A program made the translations under genes and the position numbers. The notes beneath the pieces are model-generated. The model made no database searches and was not told where the DNA came from. It saw nothing but the letters and a program-made list of their open reading frames with translations. A stretch of 63,365 nt of DNA, filler included, from Octopus bimaculoides (taxonomy: Eukaryota), in the NCBI RefSeq assembly GCF_001194135.2. It is 8 parts of 5 records of this genome, joined end to end, with 100 filler letters (N's around TTAATTAATTAA, not from the genome) between each part and the next. Parts side by side here need not be neighbours in the genome. Positions count along the whole stretch, not along the records: positions 47,455 to 63,365 come from NC_068991.1; 7 more parts are not named here. One strand, given 5' to 3'. Below, one piece after another: positions 48,365 to 62,372 of this stretch (its first letter is position 1; every line of letters begins with the position of its first letter).

Positions 48365-48691
48365 TTCTATTTATAAATGTTGTAAAATCTTTCAGAAACT
48401 TGGAATTTTATCTCATTATGAAAACTTTTTTATATATACGCATGCTGATATATGACCTACGTTGGACTCCTCATTTGCATAATCACCGAACCTGGAGCTT
48501 AACTATGGTCTGTCCATAGCACTTACTCAGCATTACCTGACACCTTTGGGTCTTATTGACACCATTACCTCTCATAACCTATAAGTATGTATGTACATAT
48601 ATGTATATAGGCATATATATATATTTCTTTTAGAATTATTTATATATTATATGATTGAATGCCACGCATTCATTTCCAAGTAAGGGTATCT

Positions 48692-48758
<67 letters not shown>

Positions 48759-48784
48759 CTGTGTCTGTGTGTGTGTGTGTCTGT

Positions 48785-49000
48785 ATGTTTGTGTGTCTGT
48801 GTTTGTACCCCCACCCCATCGCTTGACAACCAATGTTGGTGTGTTTATGTACCTGTAACATAGCGGTTTGGCAAAAGAAACTAACAGAATAAGTACTAAG
48901 ATTACAAACGCTAAGACCTGAGTTCGGTTTAGTCGACTAAAGGCGGTGCTCCAGCATGGCCACAGTCAAATGACTGAAACAAATAAAAGAATAAAAGAAT
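48785..49000 (+). mobile_element. SINE family A, 3' half
   Basis: catcgcttgacaacc...gtcgactaaaggcggtgctccagcatggccacagtcaaatgactgaaacaaataaaag. Confidence 0.9.
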
Positions 49001-49134
49001 GCATACATATATATATACATATGTACACACACATGCCTATATATATAATACACACACACACACATATCTATATATATATACATATATTCGTACACATATG
49101 CACAAACACACAGGGCATATATATATATATATAT

Positions 49135-49254
49135 CATCATCATCATCGTTTAACGTCCGCTTTCCATGCTAGCATGGGTTGGACGATTTGACTGAGGACT
49201 GGTGAAACCGGATGGCAACACCAGGCTCCAGTCTGATTTGGCAGAGTTTCTACA
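49135..49254 (-). mobile_element. Terminal module of the RTE-type element or a SINE sharing its tail
   Basis: Reverse complement of 20995-21115, including the (GAT)n tail. Confidence 0.88.
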
Positions 49255-49264
49255 NNNNNNNNNN

Positions 49265-49300
<36 letters not shown>

Positions 49301-50621
49301 TATTCATATTCATATTTACATTTATGTATATAAGTGTATATATGTATTTGTAAATCCTCCTAATATGTCTTATCTGTATTGATTTTTAGCGTCGTCTTCT
49401 TCTTAGATTCTATTATTGCTTCTTATGTTACTTGTAGACTCAATGACTCTCCTGCCATTGATTTTTTTTTTACCATATATATACCTTTCAGAAAAAGCAT
49501 GGAAAATATGTGGTTGAAGCCGATACTGGTCTACATTAGCGTATGGTTATATATGTATGTATGTATGATTGCGTAGGTACGTATGTGTGTATGTATATGT
49601 ATCAGTGTGTATATAAGTACATGTGTATCTATATCTGACTGTGTCTATATCCCTCACTCTCTCTTTTTATCTCTTTCTCCCTCTCTTCTCCCTCTCTCTC
49701 TGCATATATGTGCGTGTTTGTGTGTGTATATATATATATANNNNNNNNNNNNNNNNNNNNNNNNNNNNNNNNNNNNNNNNNNNNNNNNNNNNNNNNNNNN
49801 NNNNNNNNNNNNNNNNNNNNNNNNNNNNNNNNNNNNNNNNNNNNNNNNNNNNNNNNNNNNNNNNNNNNNNNNNNNNNNNNNNNNNNNNNNNNNNNNNNNN
49901 NNNNNNNNNNNNNNNNNNNNNNNNNNNNNNNNNNNNNNNNNNNNNNNNNNNNNNNNNNNNNNNNNNNNNNNNNNNNNNNNNNNNNNNNNNNNNNNNNNNN
50001 NNNNNNNNNNNNNNNNNNNNNNNNNNNNNNNNNNNNNNNNNNNNNNNNNNNNNNNNNNNNNNNNNNNNNNNNNNNNNNNNNNNNNNNNNNNNNNNNNNNN
50101 NNNNNNNNNNNNNNNNNNNNNNNNNNNNNNNNNNNNNNNNNNNNNNNNNNNNNNNNNNNNNNNNNNNNNNNNNNNNNNNNNNNNNNNNNNNNNNNNNNNN
50201 NNNNNNNNNNNNNNNNNNNNNNNNNNNNNNNNNNNNNNNNNNNNNNNNNNNNNNNNNNNNNNNNNNNNNNNNNNNNNNNNNNNNNNNNNNNNNNNNNNNN
50301 NNNNNNNNNNNNNNNNNNNNNNNNNNNNNNNNNNNNNNNNNNNNNNNNNNNNNNNNNNNNNNNNNNNNNNNNNNNNNNNNNNNNNNNNNNNNNNNNNNNN
50401 NNNNNNNNNNNNNNNNNNNNNNNNNNNNNNNNNNNNNNNNNNNNNNNNNNNNNNNNNNNNNNNNNNNNNNNNNNNNNNNNNNNNNNNNNNNNNNNNNNNN
50501 NNNNNNNNNNNNNNNNNNNNNNNNNNNNNNNNNNNNNNNNNNNNNNNNNNNNNNNNNNNNNNNNNNNNNNNNNNNNNNNNNNNNNNNNNNNNNNNNNNNN
50601 NNNNNNNNNNNNNNNNNNNNN

Positions 50622-50675
<54 letters not shown>

Positions 50676-50679
50676 TATA

Positions 50680-51033
50680 GTGCCAGTCAATTTCCACTGC
50701 TTGTCCTCTTAGACAAGTAACTTCTATAGCCCTGGGCTGACCAAAGCCTTGTGCGTGGATTTGGTAGATGGAAGCTGAAAGAAGCCCATCATGTATATAT
50801 TTATATCTATATATATTTAAGTGTGTGTGTTTTTGTGTCTGTGTTTGTCCCCCACCATCGCTTGACAACTGATGTTGGTGCGTTTATATCCCCGAGACTT
50901 AGTGGTTTGGCAAAAGAGACCAATAGTAGCAGACTTACAAAGAATAAGTCCTGGGGGTAGATTTCTTCGAACAAAAGCGGTGCCCCAGCATGGTCGTAGT
51001 CAAATGACTGAAACATGTAAAAGAGTAAGAGAG
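50680..51033 (+). mobile_element. SINE family A, older copy
   Basis: gctgaccaaagccttgtg...gtcccccaccatcgcttgacaac...gtcaaatgactgaaacatgtaaaagagtaag. Confidence 0.88.
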
Positions 51034-51095
51034 AATATACATACATACATATATATTGATAGGTACATACATATATATATATTACAGGTTTGTAC

Positions 51096-51134
<39 letters not shown>

Positions 51135-52356
51135 TGTATGTGCATGTGTGCATGTGTGTGTGTGTGGGTGTTTGTGATATGTGATTTATTCATATACATC
51201 AGTCAATACTTGAAGGTCCAAACTATGATTCATCCATGCAAGTTTGATCTCTGGTTGACCTTTATACTTTCGACCCCTGATTCATTCCTATATGTCTAAT
51301 TCCTGGTTTTTTTCTTGTAGATTTGACTCCGTGTTTTATCCTGACATGTTTCCTACCTGATTGATTTTTGTAGTTTCAATTTGCACCTTTGATCTTTTTC
51401 ATTCATTAAGACAAACGCGATTCCTGACTGATCATTAGGTTTTACATGCAATCACACATATATACACACAAACATACATACACACAAACATACATACACA
51501 CAAACATACATACACACAAACATACATATGTATACATATATGATGACAACATCTGTGATGATGATGACGACAATGATAGCAACAATGACAAGGACGATGA
51601 AGACGATGATGCTGATGACGATGACAATGATGATGATGACAATGATGATGATGACAATGATGATTAGAACAAAAGCAGGTGTGATGGTGATGACAACGGT
51701 GTGACGGTGATGACAACAGTATAACAGTGATGACAATGATGATGAGTATGATGATTATGTTATGGTCCGTTCAGAGTTTCATTTTGGGAAACAGGGGTTT
51801 CACATCTCGTTAAACTTACCCTCATCTACTCATCCTTTACATGTGACTATTGAAACAAAAATTTGGCTGCTTCATCTTCTTTATATTCAAATTATATTCA
51901 TTTGATTAGCCATCAGTTTTGTTGCTGTTGTTGCTGTTGCTGGGGTTGTTATTGTGATTTATTCTCAAGACTGGTGTTCAACCTCTGTATACTGCAACAA
52001 TGAAAGACAGCTGTAATGCATGGACAATGTCTATAATAAAAGTTAACATACCTAATAGACACAATGCAATGCAAGTAAAGACACCATATTTGTAAGGAAT
52101 ACATATAGTATAGTTATATATATATATGTTACTGATGCTATCAGCTTTAAATATGTGTGTGTGTGTGTGTGTGCAGGTGAACATCTGTATGTCTGTAAAT
52201 GTTATAACAATGTTATTATTTTAAAGTTCTTTTAAGAATAATATCTCAGCATTTGTTGTTGGTGTGAGTCTATGACAATGAAGCAAAATCTATGGTGAAA
52301 ATCTAGTTGACTGAGATCTCAGAATATCAATCTACTTATCTGTCTGTCTGTCAGTA

Positions 52357-52390
<34 letters not shown>

Positions 52391-52466
52391 CCTATGCCTC
52401 TTTATCTGTATTTCTCTCACTCTGTCTGTCTGCTTTTTTCTTTCTTTCTCTCTCTCTCTCTCTCTC

Positions 52467-52497
<31 letters not shown>

Positions 52498-52729
52498 CAA
52501 TGTATATGTTTGTGTCAAGTTCTATACAAAATTCAATCCAACATCAAACTGAAGAATTACAAAATACTTTAGTAGAATACATGTTTATTAAACTGTCACC
52601 CACTCTTGTAAAAGTTATACATACATACATACATGCATTCATACATACATACATACATACATGTATACATAAGAAATTCATTAGCTTTTCCGTTTCTACT
52701 CTCATATTACCTTAATAGTTTTTAACACA

Positions 52730-52930
52730 CACAAGGCCAAAACATTTGAGTGGGAATGTGGGTTAGCGAATATAATTAGCCACAGTTATTGACTGGAACA
52801 TTTTCTTTTTATCGATCTTGTGTGGATAAAATATAAAAGCTGACCACAGCATGATTTGAACCCAGAACTTACAGCTTGTGAACAGATATGTCAAAGCATT
52901 CATTAACTCTCTAACAATTCTGCCAACTTA
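52730..52930 (-). mobile_element. SINE family B, highly degraded
   Basis: cacaaggccaa...gatttgaacccagaac...ctaacaattctgccaact. Confidence 0.6.
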
Positions 52931-53193
52931 CTGTCCTGAAGATGTTGATGATGATGATGATGTTGACATTGTTAATAATAAAAATAATAATTATGTTCTT
53001 GTAGATCCTAAAACCCAAAATATACAGATCCTAAAATTTACCAAATTCCGTCTAAATTCATGGTGATATAACATTCTGTGCTGAAATACTAAGAGTTGAC
53101 TTCTGTGTTTGAGCAAATGAACACATGTACACTGTGTGGAAATACATTATAAATGTACACACATATACATACATACACACACACACACACACA

Positions 53194-53231
<38 letters not shown>

Positions 53232-53652
53232 NNNNNNNNNNNNNNNNNNNNNNNNNNNNNNNNNNNNNNNNNNNNNNNNNNNNNNNNNNNNNNNNNNNNN
53301 NNNNNNNNNNNNNNNNNNNNNNNNNNNNNNNNNNNNNNNNNNNNNNNNNNNNNNNNNNNNNNNNNNNNNNNNNNNNNNNNNNNNNNNNNNNNNNNNNNNN
53401 NNNNNNNNNNNNNNNNNNNNNNNNNNNNNNNNNNNNNNNNNNNNNNNNNNNNNNNNNNNNNNNNNNNNNNNNNNNNNNNNNNNNNNNNNNNNNNNNNNNN
53501 NNNNNNNNNNNNNNNNNNNNNNNNNNNNNNNNNNNNNNNNNNNNNNNNNNNNNNNNNNNTATATATACACACACACATACATATTTACATACATATATAT
53601 ACATACATACATATAACAATAACTAAATGAGTTTGCATTCTGAAGGCATTAA

Positions 53653-53948
53653 CCCTTTTGTTTCCATATTTCTGTTGAGGTGCTCTGTGTTTCTTTCAAT
53701 TAATTTTAAATATTATTTTAATATTGATTTTAATATCAATTTTAACAAAGAATTTATTAAAATAACTATTTTAATATCAATTCTAACAAAGAATTTAGTA
53801 AGATAACTTAGTTATCATTAAGCCAGTGTTAGAAAAAATAAATTGTGACTAGGGTTTGGTGGAAGATTTTAATTCAGAACTTTTGAAATCAAGACATTTT
53901 GAACTACAGAGCCAGAGGTGGTTTCAGGAGGGGTTGGTACCAAAAGAG
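53653..53948. mobile_element. TTAA-flanked MITE (piggyBac-type target)
   Basis: TTAA|cccttttgtttcca ... tggtaccaaaagag|TTAA; 14-bp TIR with 3 mismatches; internal ~41-bp tandem duplication near 53728-53810. Confidence 0.72.
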
Positions 53949-54353
53949 TTAACAGTGGTGTCACATTAATGAAAGTCCACTTCTGATAATGTAACCCGAG
54001 GATGTTCATATTGTATTAGTAACACCATCTGTAAGCCAGATAATTAAAACACACTTGGCTTATATAAGATAGACATCCAAACTAACAAAAAATTATACAT
54101 TCCAAACATCAGTATGACATTGTTTTCTATAAAAATACAAACTGAGTCTATAGATCAAATATAAAATAGGATACATACTCAATTGTAGTGATTTTCTTCT
54201 GCCATGTATTTCTATGTATATAAACCAGCAAGGGGACACCTGTACATGATAGATAGACAACATTAAAACAACAACCATATTACTCTGGGGTCAAAACAGC
54301 TCACTGTCCTATGAATGTTTTCCTTTCAAACCAAACTTTGTTGGGTCTTATTC

Positions 54354-54392
<39 letters not shown>

Positions 54393-54506
54393 TAAGTAAG
54401 TATATACCTGTGTGTATTTTTATGTTTATGTATGTGTGTATGTATATATGTGTGTGTATGTTTATATATATATATGTGTGTGTTTGCATATATATATATG
54501 TGTGTG

Positions 54507-54569
<63 letters not shown>

Positions 54570-54913
54570 GTATAGATTTGGTAACTCCAGAAGCCTGTAA
54601 GATTTGGGCTCTGTTAAGGTCCTGTGAAACTTGAGTTAGCAGGGAAGCTAAATCAAAGCGTTTTAAATAATATATTTGTGTGTATATATATATGTATATG
54701 TTATGGCAAATAAGTGTTCAGAATGTTACTATCGGTTTCATGTTGATTATTGCACACAGGCAGTATTACATCTCTCAGACATATAAGTATGCTTATTTTC
54801 TGGCTTATGCAGAACTAACAGAATATATGTATGTGTATGTATGTATGTATATATATATATGTGAGTGTGTGTATACACACACACATATATATATACATAC
54901 ACTTATGTACAGA

Positions 54914-54957
<44 letters not shown>

Positions 54958-55577
54958 GTCGTATACCATGTACATTTATGTGATTGGATGTATAAATGTG
55001 CATTTAATGTTTGTAGTCATTATTTCTGTCTATGAATCCACATTTTTTAAAATCTATATGTATTTCTGTGTATGATTGTGTGTGAACAGCAGTGCACATA
55101 CATTCTAAACATTTGAATGCATATTTTATATATGTGTATATAAGCACATGTTTATTATGAAACATGTATATTTCAATGTATGCAAGTATAATTTGTATAG
55201 TACCAGGCATACAAAAAACACAAAAGATACACAAAGAATACCTTAAACAAAATAAGCCATCCCCATTCCCCATTAGGGGTTAACAACACAGCTTGAACTC
55301 TTACATTAACAATGCATTGCCATGTGGCAGGCTTTGCACATTTTGGTGCACACTAACATATGTTGCAATCAGACTACTGAGGCGGCAATATCCAAAACCA
55401 TGTTGATTTTTATGTATTATTTTTAATTAAATTTTTTTAAACTATTTTCATTTTTATATAGATTTATTTAATTATATTCCCTCCCTTTTGTCTTTTAAAC
55501 TGAAACTGAAATATATATTTATAATTAGTATTATCAATGTATTATCAATTAAATTAATTAGCAAATTATAAGTATTA

Positions 55578-55608
<31 letters not shown>

Positions 55609-55914
55609 CATTATCATAATGATAAGTATCTATTATTAATAATATTACCATCATCGTTAATTTTATCAATTATTATTATAGAGAAAAGGATTATTATTAT
55701 TATTATTATTATTGTTATTATTATTGTTATTATTATCCTTATTGCTATTGTTGTTATTATTGTTAGTTGTTATTACCATAATTATTATTATTGTTATTAT
55801 TACTGTCCTTTGTATTGTCCTAAATGTCTTGTGCTCTTGGGCTAATAAAAGAAAGCATTATTATCATGATAATTATTATTATTATTGTTGTTGTTGTTGT
55901 TGTTGTTGCTATTG

Positions 55915-56131
55915 TTAAGGTGGCAAACTGCAAGAATTGTTAACATTCTGGACAAAATGCTTGGTGGAATTTCGTCCATCTTTATGATCCGAGTTCAAAT
56001 GCCACCCATGTTGACTTTGCCTTTCATCCTTTAGGGGGTCGATACATTAAGTACCAGTCAAGTACTGGGGTCAATGTGATCGACTTTACCTCTCCCCCAA
56101 AATTCCAGGCCTTGTGCCTATAGTAGAAAAG

Positions 56132-56140
<9 letters not shown>
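55915..56140 (+). mobile_element. SINE family B inside a (TTA)n expanse
   Basis: aaggtggcaaactgcaagaattgtta...gactttgcctttcatccttt...ggccttgtgcctatagtagaaaagattatt. Confidence 0.88.
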
Positions 56141-56219
<79 letters not shown>

Positions 56220-56264
56220 GTTATTATTATTTTATTATTATTATCATCATTATCATTATTATTA

Positions 56265-56465
56265 TTAAGGTGGTGAGGTTGGACAAAATATTTAGCAGCA
56301 TTTCTTCTGGATCTTTAAGTTTCGAGTTCAAATACTGTCAAGGTAAAATTTGCCCACCATCCTTTTGTGGCCAATGAAATAGGCATCAGCCCTGGGGGGT
56401 CAGTTTAATCAACTGAGCTCCTTCCCACAATTCCAAGGCTTGTGTCTATAGCACAAAGGATTATT
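56265..56465 (+). mobile_element. SINE family B, degraded, inside (TTA)n
   Basis: aaggtggtgag...gagttcaaat...caaggcttgtgtctatagcacaaaggattatt. Confidence 0.72.
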
Positions 56466-56638
56466 ATTCTAGTTGTTGTTATTGTTGTTGTTGTTGATGT
56501 TTTTAATATTGTTATTATTAAGATGATTATATTGTTATTATTATTATTATTATTAGTATCATCATCATGATATTATAAAAAGATCCTCATTAATAATATT
56601 ATTATTGTAACTAATGCTATTACAATTATTATTATTAA

Positions 56639-56669
<31 letters not shown>

Positions 56670-56980
56670 TAATTTTCAATATTTATGGAATGGTAAAACA
56701 AACCGAACAAAAAACACAAAAAAAAATATTTCTTGTTTATTTGTATTGAGGCCAAAAGTATAAAATTTTTATTCTAAAATGGTTTAAAGATATTCCATTG
56801 CAATTAATAGTAAGTTATAAAAAATGTGATCATCTCATGCAGACGTGTGTTAAAAGAATAAATATGTATACATGCATATACATACATATATATATAAATA
56901 TGTATGCAAGTATATATGTGTATGTATAGGTATATATATATATATGTACATGTATATATGAGTGTATATTTATATGTATG

Positions 56981-57034
<54 letters not shown>

Positions 57035-57111
57035 AATGTATATATGTGTATATATACACACACACACACATATATATATACATATATCACATATATGAAT
57101 ATACATGTGTT

Positions 57112-57176
<65 letters not shown>

Positions 57177-57206
57177 GTATGTATTATGCATATATATATC
57201 AGTATC

Positions 57207-57244
<38 letters not shown>

Positions 57245-58136
57245 TTTTTATATGCAAACAAATCTGTAAAAATTGTTATATATAATAAATCACTGAATCT
57301 ACAGGAAACTGTTTTTGCCGTCTACATATACATGTGTGTGAGTCTACACACACACATACACACACACACACATACAAACACACACAAGCATACATACACA
57401 CATGCATATGTATGTACGTATACATGTATATATATATGTATATATATATACATATACGTACATACATATGTATATATATATACATTGTATTTTGCAAATG
57501 TCTCATGAACTTTGCCGATTGACTGATTTACCAAGTTATTAATGAAATAATCATTTAGTTTATTGGTGAAATGGTTAACTTGTTGATCAATGATTATAAA
57601 ATCATTGTAAGAAAACCAGTGAGTGTGTTCATTATCAGCATACCAACCTTCCCAAAGTAAAACTAAACTGGTTTTAATTTATGATTTATAATATCACATC
57701 AAGAATCTTATAAACCCTAAACAAAAATTATGTATGTGTGTATGTATATATNNNNNNNNNNNNNNNNNNNNNNNNNNNNNNNNNNNNNNNNNNNNNNNNN
57801 NNNNNNNNNNNNNNNNNNNNNNNNNNNNNNNNNNNNNNNNNNNNNNNNNNNNNNNNNNNNNNNNNNNNNNNNNNNNNNNNNNNNNNNNNNNNNNNNNNNN
57901 NNNNNNNNNNNNNNNNNNNNNNNNNNNNNNNNNNNNNNNNNNNNNNNNNNNNNNNNNNNNNNNNNNNNNNNNNNNNNNNNNNNNNNNNNNNNNNNNNNNN
58001 NNNNNNNNNNNNNNNNNNNNNNNNNNNNNNNNNNNNNNNNNNNNNNNNNNNNNNNNNNNNNNNNNNNNNNNNNNNNNNNNNNNNNNNNNNNNNNNNNNNN
58101 NNNNNNNNNNNNNNNNNNNNNNNNNNNNNNNNNNNN

Positions 58137-58219
<83 letters not shown>

Positions 58220-58489
58220 ACTAAAAATATATGCATATATCTACACATATAGATCTATATATATGCATATATATACATACACACACAGAGCTATTGACAC
58301 ATATACAGATATGTATATACTATTCACATATATGCAAATATATTTTTACACACACATACACAAACAATGCATGCATAAACATTATTAATATATTTATATA
58401 TCTATGTAAAATCGATTCTAAAGCAACACTGCAATAAATACATTGCTGTAGTACTATGTAAAATAGATATCTATTTTTCATTTTCAAAT

Positions 58490-58558
58490 GAATATTATTA
58501 TCATTATTATTACATTTATTATTATTATTATTATTGTTATTATTATCATTATTATTAC

Positions 58559-58606
<48 letters not shown>

Positions 58607-58618
58607 CATTATTATTAC

Positions 58619-58675
<57 letters not shown>
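58490..58675. repeat. (ATT)n with a recurring tcattattattacattt interruption
   Basis: The interruption occurs at about 58501, 58546 and 58606. Confidence 0.9.
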
Positions 58676-59387
58676 NNNNNNNNNNNNNNNNNNNNNNNNN
58701 NNNNNNNNNNNNNNNNNNNNNNNNNNNNNNNNNNNNNNNNNNNNNNNNNNNNNNNNNNNNNNNNNNNNNNNNNNNNNNNNNNNNNNNNNNNNNNNNNNNN
58801 NNNNNNNNNNNNNNNNNNNNNNNNNNNNNNNNNNNNNNNNNNNNNNNNNNNNNNNNNNNNNNNNNNNNNNNNNNNNNNNNNNNNNNNNNNNNNNNNNNNN
58901 NNNNNNNNNNNNNNNNNNNNNNNNNNNNNNNNNNNNNNNNNNNNNNNNNNNNNNNNNNNNNNNNNNNNNNNNNNNNNNNNNNNNNNNNNNNNNNNNNNNN
59001 NNNNNNNNNNNNNNNNNNNNNNNNNNNNNNNNNNNNNNNNNNNNNNNNNNNNNNNNNNNNNNNNNNNNNNNNNNNNNNNNNNNNNNNNNNNNNNNNNNNN
59101 NNNNNNNNNNNNNNNNNNNNNNNNNNNNNNNNNNNNNNNNNNNNNNNNNNNNNNNNNNNNNNNNNNNNNNNNNNNNNNNNNNNNNNNNNNNNNNNNNNNN
59201 NNNNNNNNNNNNNNNNNNNNNNNNNNNNNNNNNNNNNNNNNNNNNNNNNNNNNNNNNNNNNNNNNNNNNNNNNNNNNNNNNNNNNNNNNNNNNNNNNNNN
59301 NNNNNNNNNNNNNNNNNNNNNNNNNNNNNNNNNNNNNNNNNNNNNNNNNNTATATATATATATATATATATGCATATATATATATAT

Positions 59388-59423
<36 letters not shown>

Positions 59424-59454
59424 CAGATAGATGGATAGCTAGATAGATATTATT

Positions 59455-59765
59455 AAGGTGCATAACTTAGTGGTTAGAGCTCCAGGCTCACAATCATGAG
59501 CGAGTGAGTTCGATTCCCAGACTGGACTGTATATTGTGTTCTTAAGCATATCCCCACTGATTGCCATCACTTTGATATCATTCCAGCGGGAATACCTCTT
59601 AGTTTAAGGATTTTAACATCTCAAACTGTATTTCATCCTCTCTCGGAGCCTTGCATAAGTACTGGGGTTGGTTTGTTTCGATTAAAATCCTTCAAAGTGG
59701 TGCCTCAATAAGGCTGTAGTCCAATGAGCAGGACACATAATAAGACAAAAGAGTGACAAAAAAGC
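59455..59765 (+). mobile_element. tRNA-derived SINE (family C2), degraded
   Basis: aggtgcataacttagtggttagagc...gagttcgattcccagact head; taagtactggggttgg core. Confidence 0.7.
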
Positions 59766-60008
59766 CCAAGTAAAGCAGCATGATATGAAACCGTATCGTG
59801 AACTCTCATCTTTTATTTCAGTAAGCGATATATTTCTGACTCCAACTCAAATTCAGATCACTATTTTCAAACACTTGTAAATGTACAAGAGAGTTAACAT
59901 CAATAACAAGAAAGCCCTTAAGGCAATGTCTAACGTCAACTAAGCTTTCTATTTCATTTTCCTTCTACTCATATACTTTGCGACATATTTAACACCTGCC
60001 TCGATAAC

Positions 60009-60056
<48 letters not shown>

Positions 60057-60344
60057 CACACACACTTACTCAAACAAAGATGGAAAAATTAATCAAGGAG
60101 AGAGAGCTAGAGAGCTTCAACGTAGTCTTTCAGTTGGCTAGAAGTAGCAATCAAAGTGCTCTCAAACCACGTCCTACCATCTGAAAAGAATAACAGAGCA
60201 CATGGAACTAAAGGACGACAACAACAGCAATAACAACAACAACAACAACAACAACAGAAAATGCTGGTCTTAGTTCTCCAAGTCTGTGTACCATAAAAAC
60301 AATGCATGTCGAATTTGCAATTTGCCAAATGGATTAACATGAGG

Positions 60345-60520
60345 GAAGTTACTAGGAAGGGATGGAGTCGAGAGGGGTCGGTCCCCCACCCCGGGTGATG
60401 CTTTTATGAAAGGCAGCACTTTGGGTCTGCTTTATGAGCCTGATTAGGCTTGGGAGCCTGTGAGGAGAGCGGCAAACTCAAGAGTGGCTCCAGGCCTCAC
60501 TCTCTCTAGCTACGCCACTA
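60345..60520. mobile_element. GC-rich MITE-like remnant ending ctagctacgccacta; weak second copy near 60780-60840
   Basis: Only one end is recognisable; internal similarity to 60783-60838. Confidence 0.35.
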
Positions 60521-61029
60521 AAATGTATCATAAAACAATACATCAAGGATCTGCAATCTGCGAAATGGATTACTGTAAGGGTCTGTCCTCACAACCACTT
60601 TTATAATCTTAGTCACCTTAATCTACACGACTTCCACTTGTGTCTTGAAGGTATAAACCTATACAATTTCCCACACAGATGACTTATCACTTCTACAGCT
60701 TCCTACAACAGGTCAGACATTTCAGCACGACAACTCTAACTTCGTATCAACCCTTAGAAGAGAAGTATAGCTTTGATGGGGTCAAGAGGCTTGGTCCACT
60801 TCGGGCCACGCTTTTAAGGGGGCTGCAATTTTGGTTCTGCTGTAGGAGTCCGTAAAGGTTTGTGCCCTCGAGATTGAGGTCGGCATAGTGAAGGACAACC
60901 CCGGTTGGAACGCACTCTAGCTGTCACAATCATACAAGTCAAGCTCTGTAATTCCTTGCCTCACTTTTTGCAGACAACGCAAGAAAACATCAATTTACTA
61001 AAGTCCCAAAAAAGAAAAGTTTCTAAAAA

Positions 61030-61260
61030 TCATATACAAGACCCTCCTCAGTAATTCACTGCTCGCTTACACGTGACATGGTACAGAAAGCAAGATGGAG
61101 CGTAAACTAATGGCGTATTCTCTACTAAGAATGCTTGACTCTGTAGAGAGAAGAATTCCAGCTGTGTTCTTAATGACAGTTGTGGAAGAGGGCTTTTGTT
61201 ACGAATATCACTGGGGAGAATAGATAACAAACGATCTCAATGATATTCTAAAAATTCCAT
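61030..61260 (-). pseudogene. CR1-like LINE 3' end remnant
   Basis: RLLSILPSDIRNK...RTQLEFF resembles RLFN.LP..IRN...K..LD.FL. Confidence 0.5.
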
Positions 61261-62336
61261 TTGTTCTGGTCTATATCTATTTCTAGCATTGTCGATTATA
61301 TGATAATTACAACCCAGAACAGCTTTTGAGTTTGACTCTCCGTCCTCTACACTTTTACTTCAATACACCCTATACAAGTTTATATAGCAGGCACCCAAAA
61401 TGCTGTCCCCATAAGTCTGACCAGGTGCGAACCACCCTCCCATCTAGTTTCGACCCTGGCTTAAGCATAAATGCACCTCGTTTAGCAACACAAAGCACAA
61501 CATTAGTGAACACGCATTATATTAGCTCCTTTGTCGATTATGATCGTTCTGCGCTTTGGGTCGTAATTCAAACAAACGACAAAGTACATAAAACAATTCA
61601 CAGATGACTTACAGATCGAAACAGCAACGAAAAAAAAAATCAAAAATATTGAATATAAAGCAATAAAAGGCTATCTGGATATTCGACGTACTGAGTTTCT
61701 TACTGCATCAATTTTCAGCTTTCACAGTCTGTGTCACTAGACATGCCATCACTCTCAAGGCAGACAGACTTGCAACGCTCTCATCCATAACACTACAGCG
61801 AAACTAATTCTCCCAATCAGTCGAGGTAAATATAAAGCAGATACAACACTTATAGGAACATTATTATCAACAAGCAATTCAATGAAGGGCCGAGGAGCAG
61901 TAGCTGTCGAGGTGTGGCCGAATTCACCTTGCCCAATATCGCTGTGACTACGACAAGAATCTACTGACCTTCAAATATTTTACGACATTAGAAATACAAG
62001 CAGATGGTGATGTGGTATACCAAGATTTATATATATAATAGACAAGTTAGAATAATTGTCACTCCATATAATTCCTTTATTATAGCCAATTTGGCTTGAG
62101 GCTGTTTCCAGTGGTCATTATACATAGGTTTACTCAATTGGGGTAAATTGAAAGACCTAAGAAAATTAACGCTACCATCGTCAGAACCATGTGTCTGTAT
62201 GCATGTATGTATGTATGTATGTATGTATGTATGTATGAGTGGATATATGTATTATGTATGTATCTATATCATAATTCAGTCTGCATATTCCTGTAATGAG
62301 AAAACATATCCCCGAATTTAATCTGATAGCTAAACA

Positions 62337-62372
<36 letters not shown>

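Larger units (their letters stand above)
48013..48434. mobile_element. Inverted ~110-bp repeats (48013-48122, 48323-48434) in TA tracts; inferred Penelope-like pseudo-LTR complex
   Basis: The arms are reverse complements (aatgagataaaa..ccaag..tgaaagatttta.aacatttataaatagaaggtcttacagctgttt) and carry hammerhead motifs. Confidence 0.7.
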
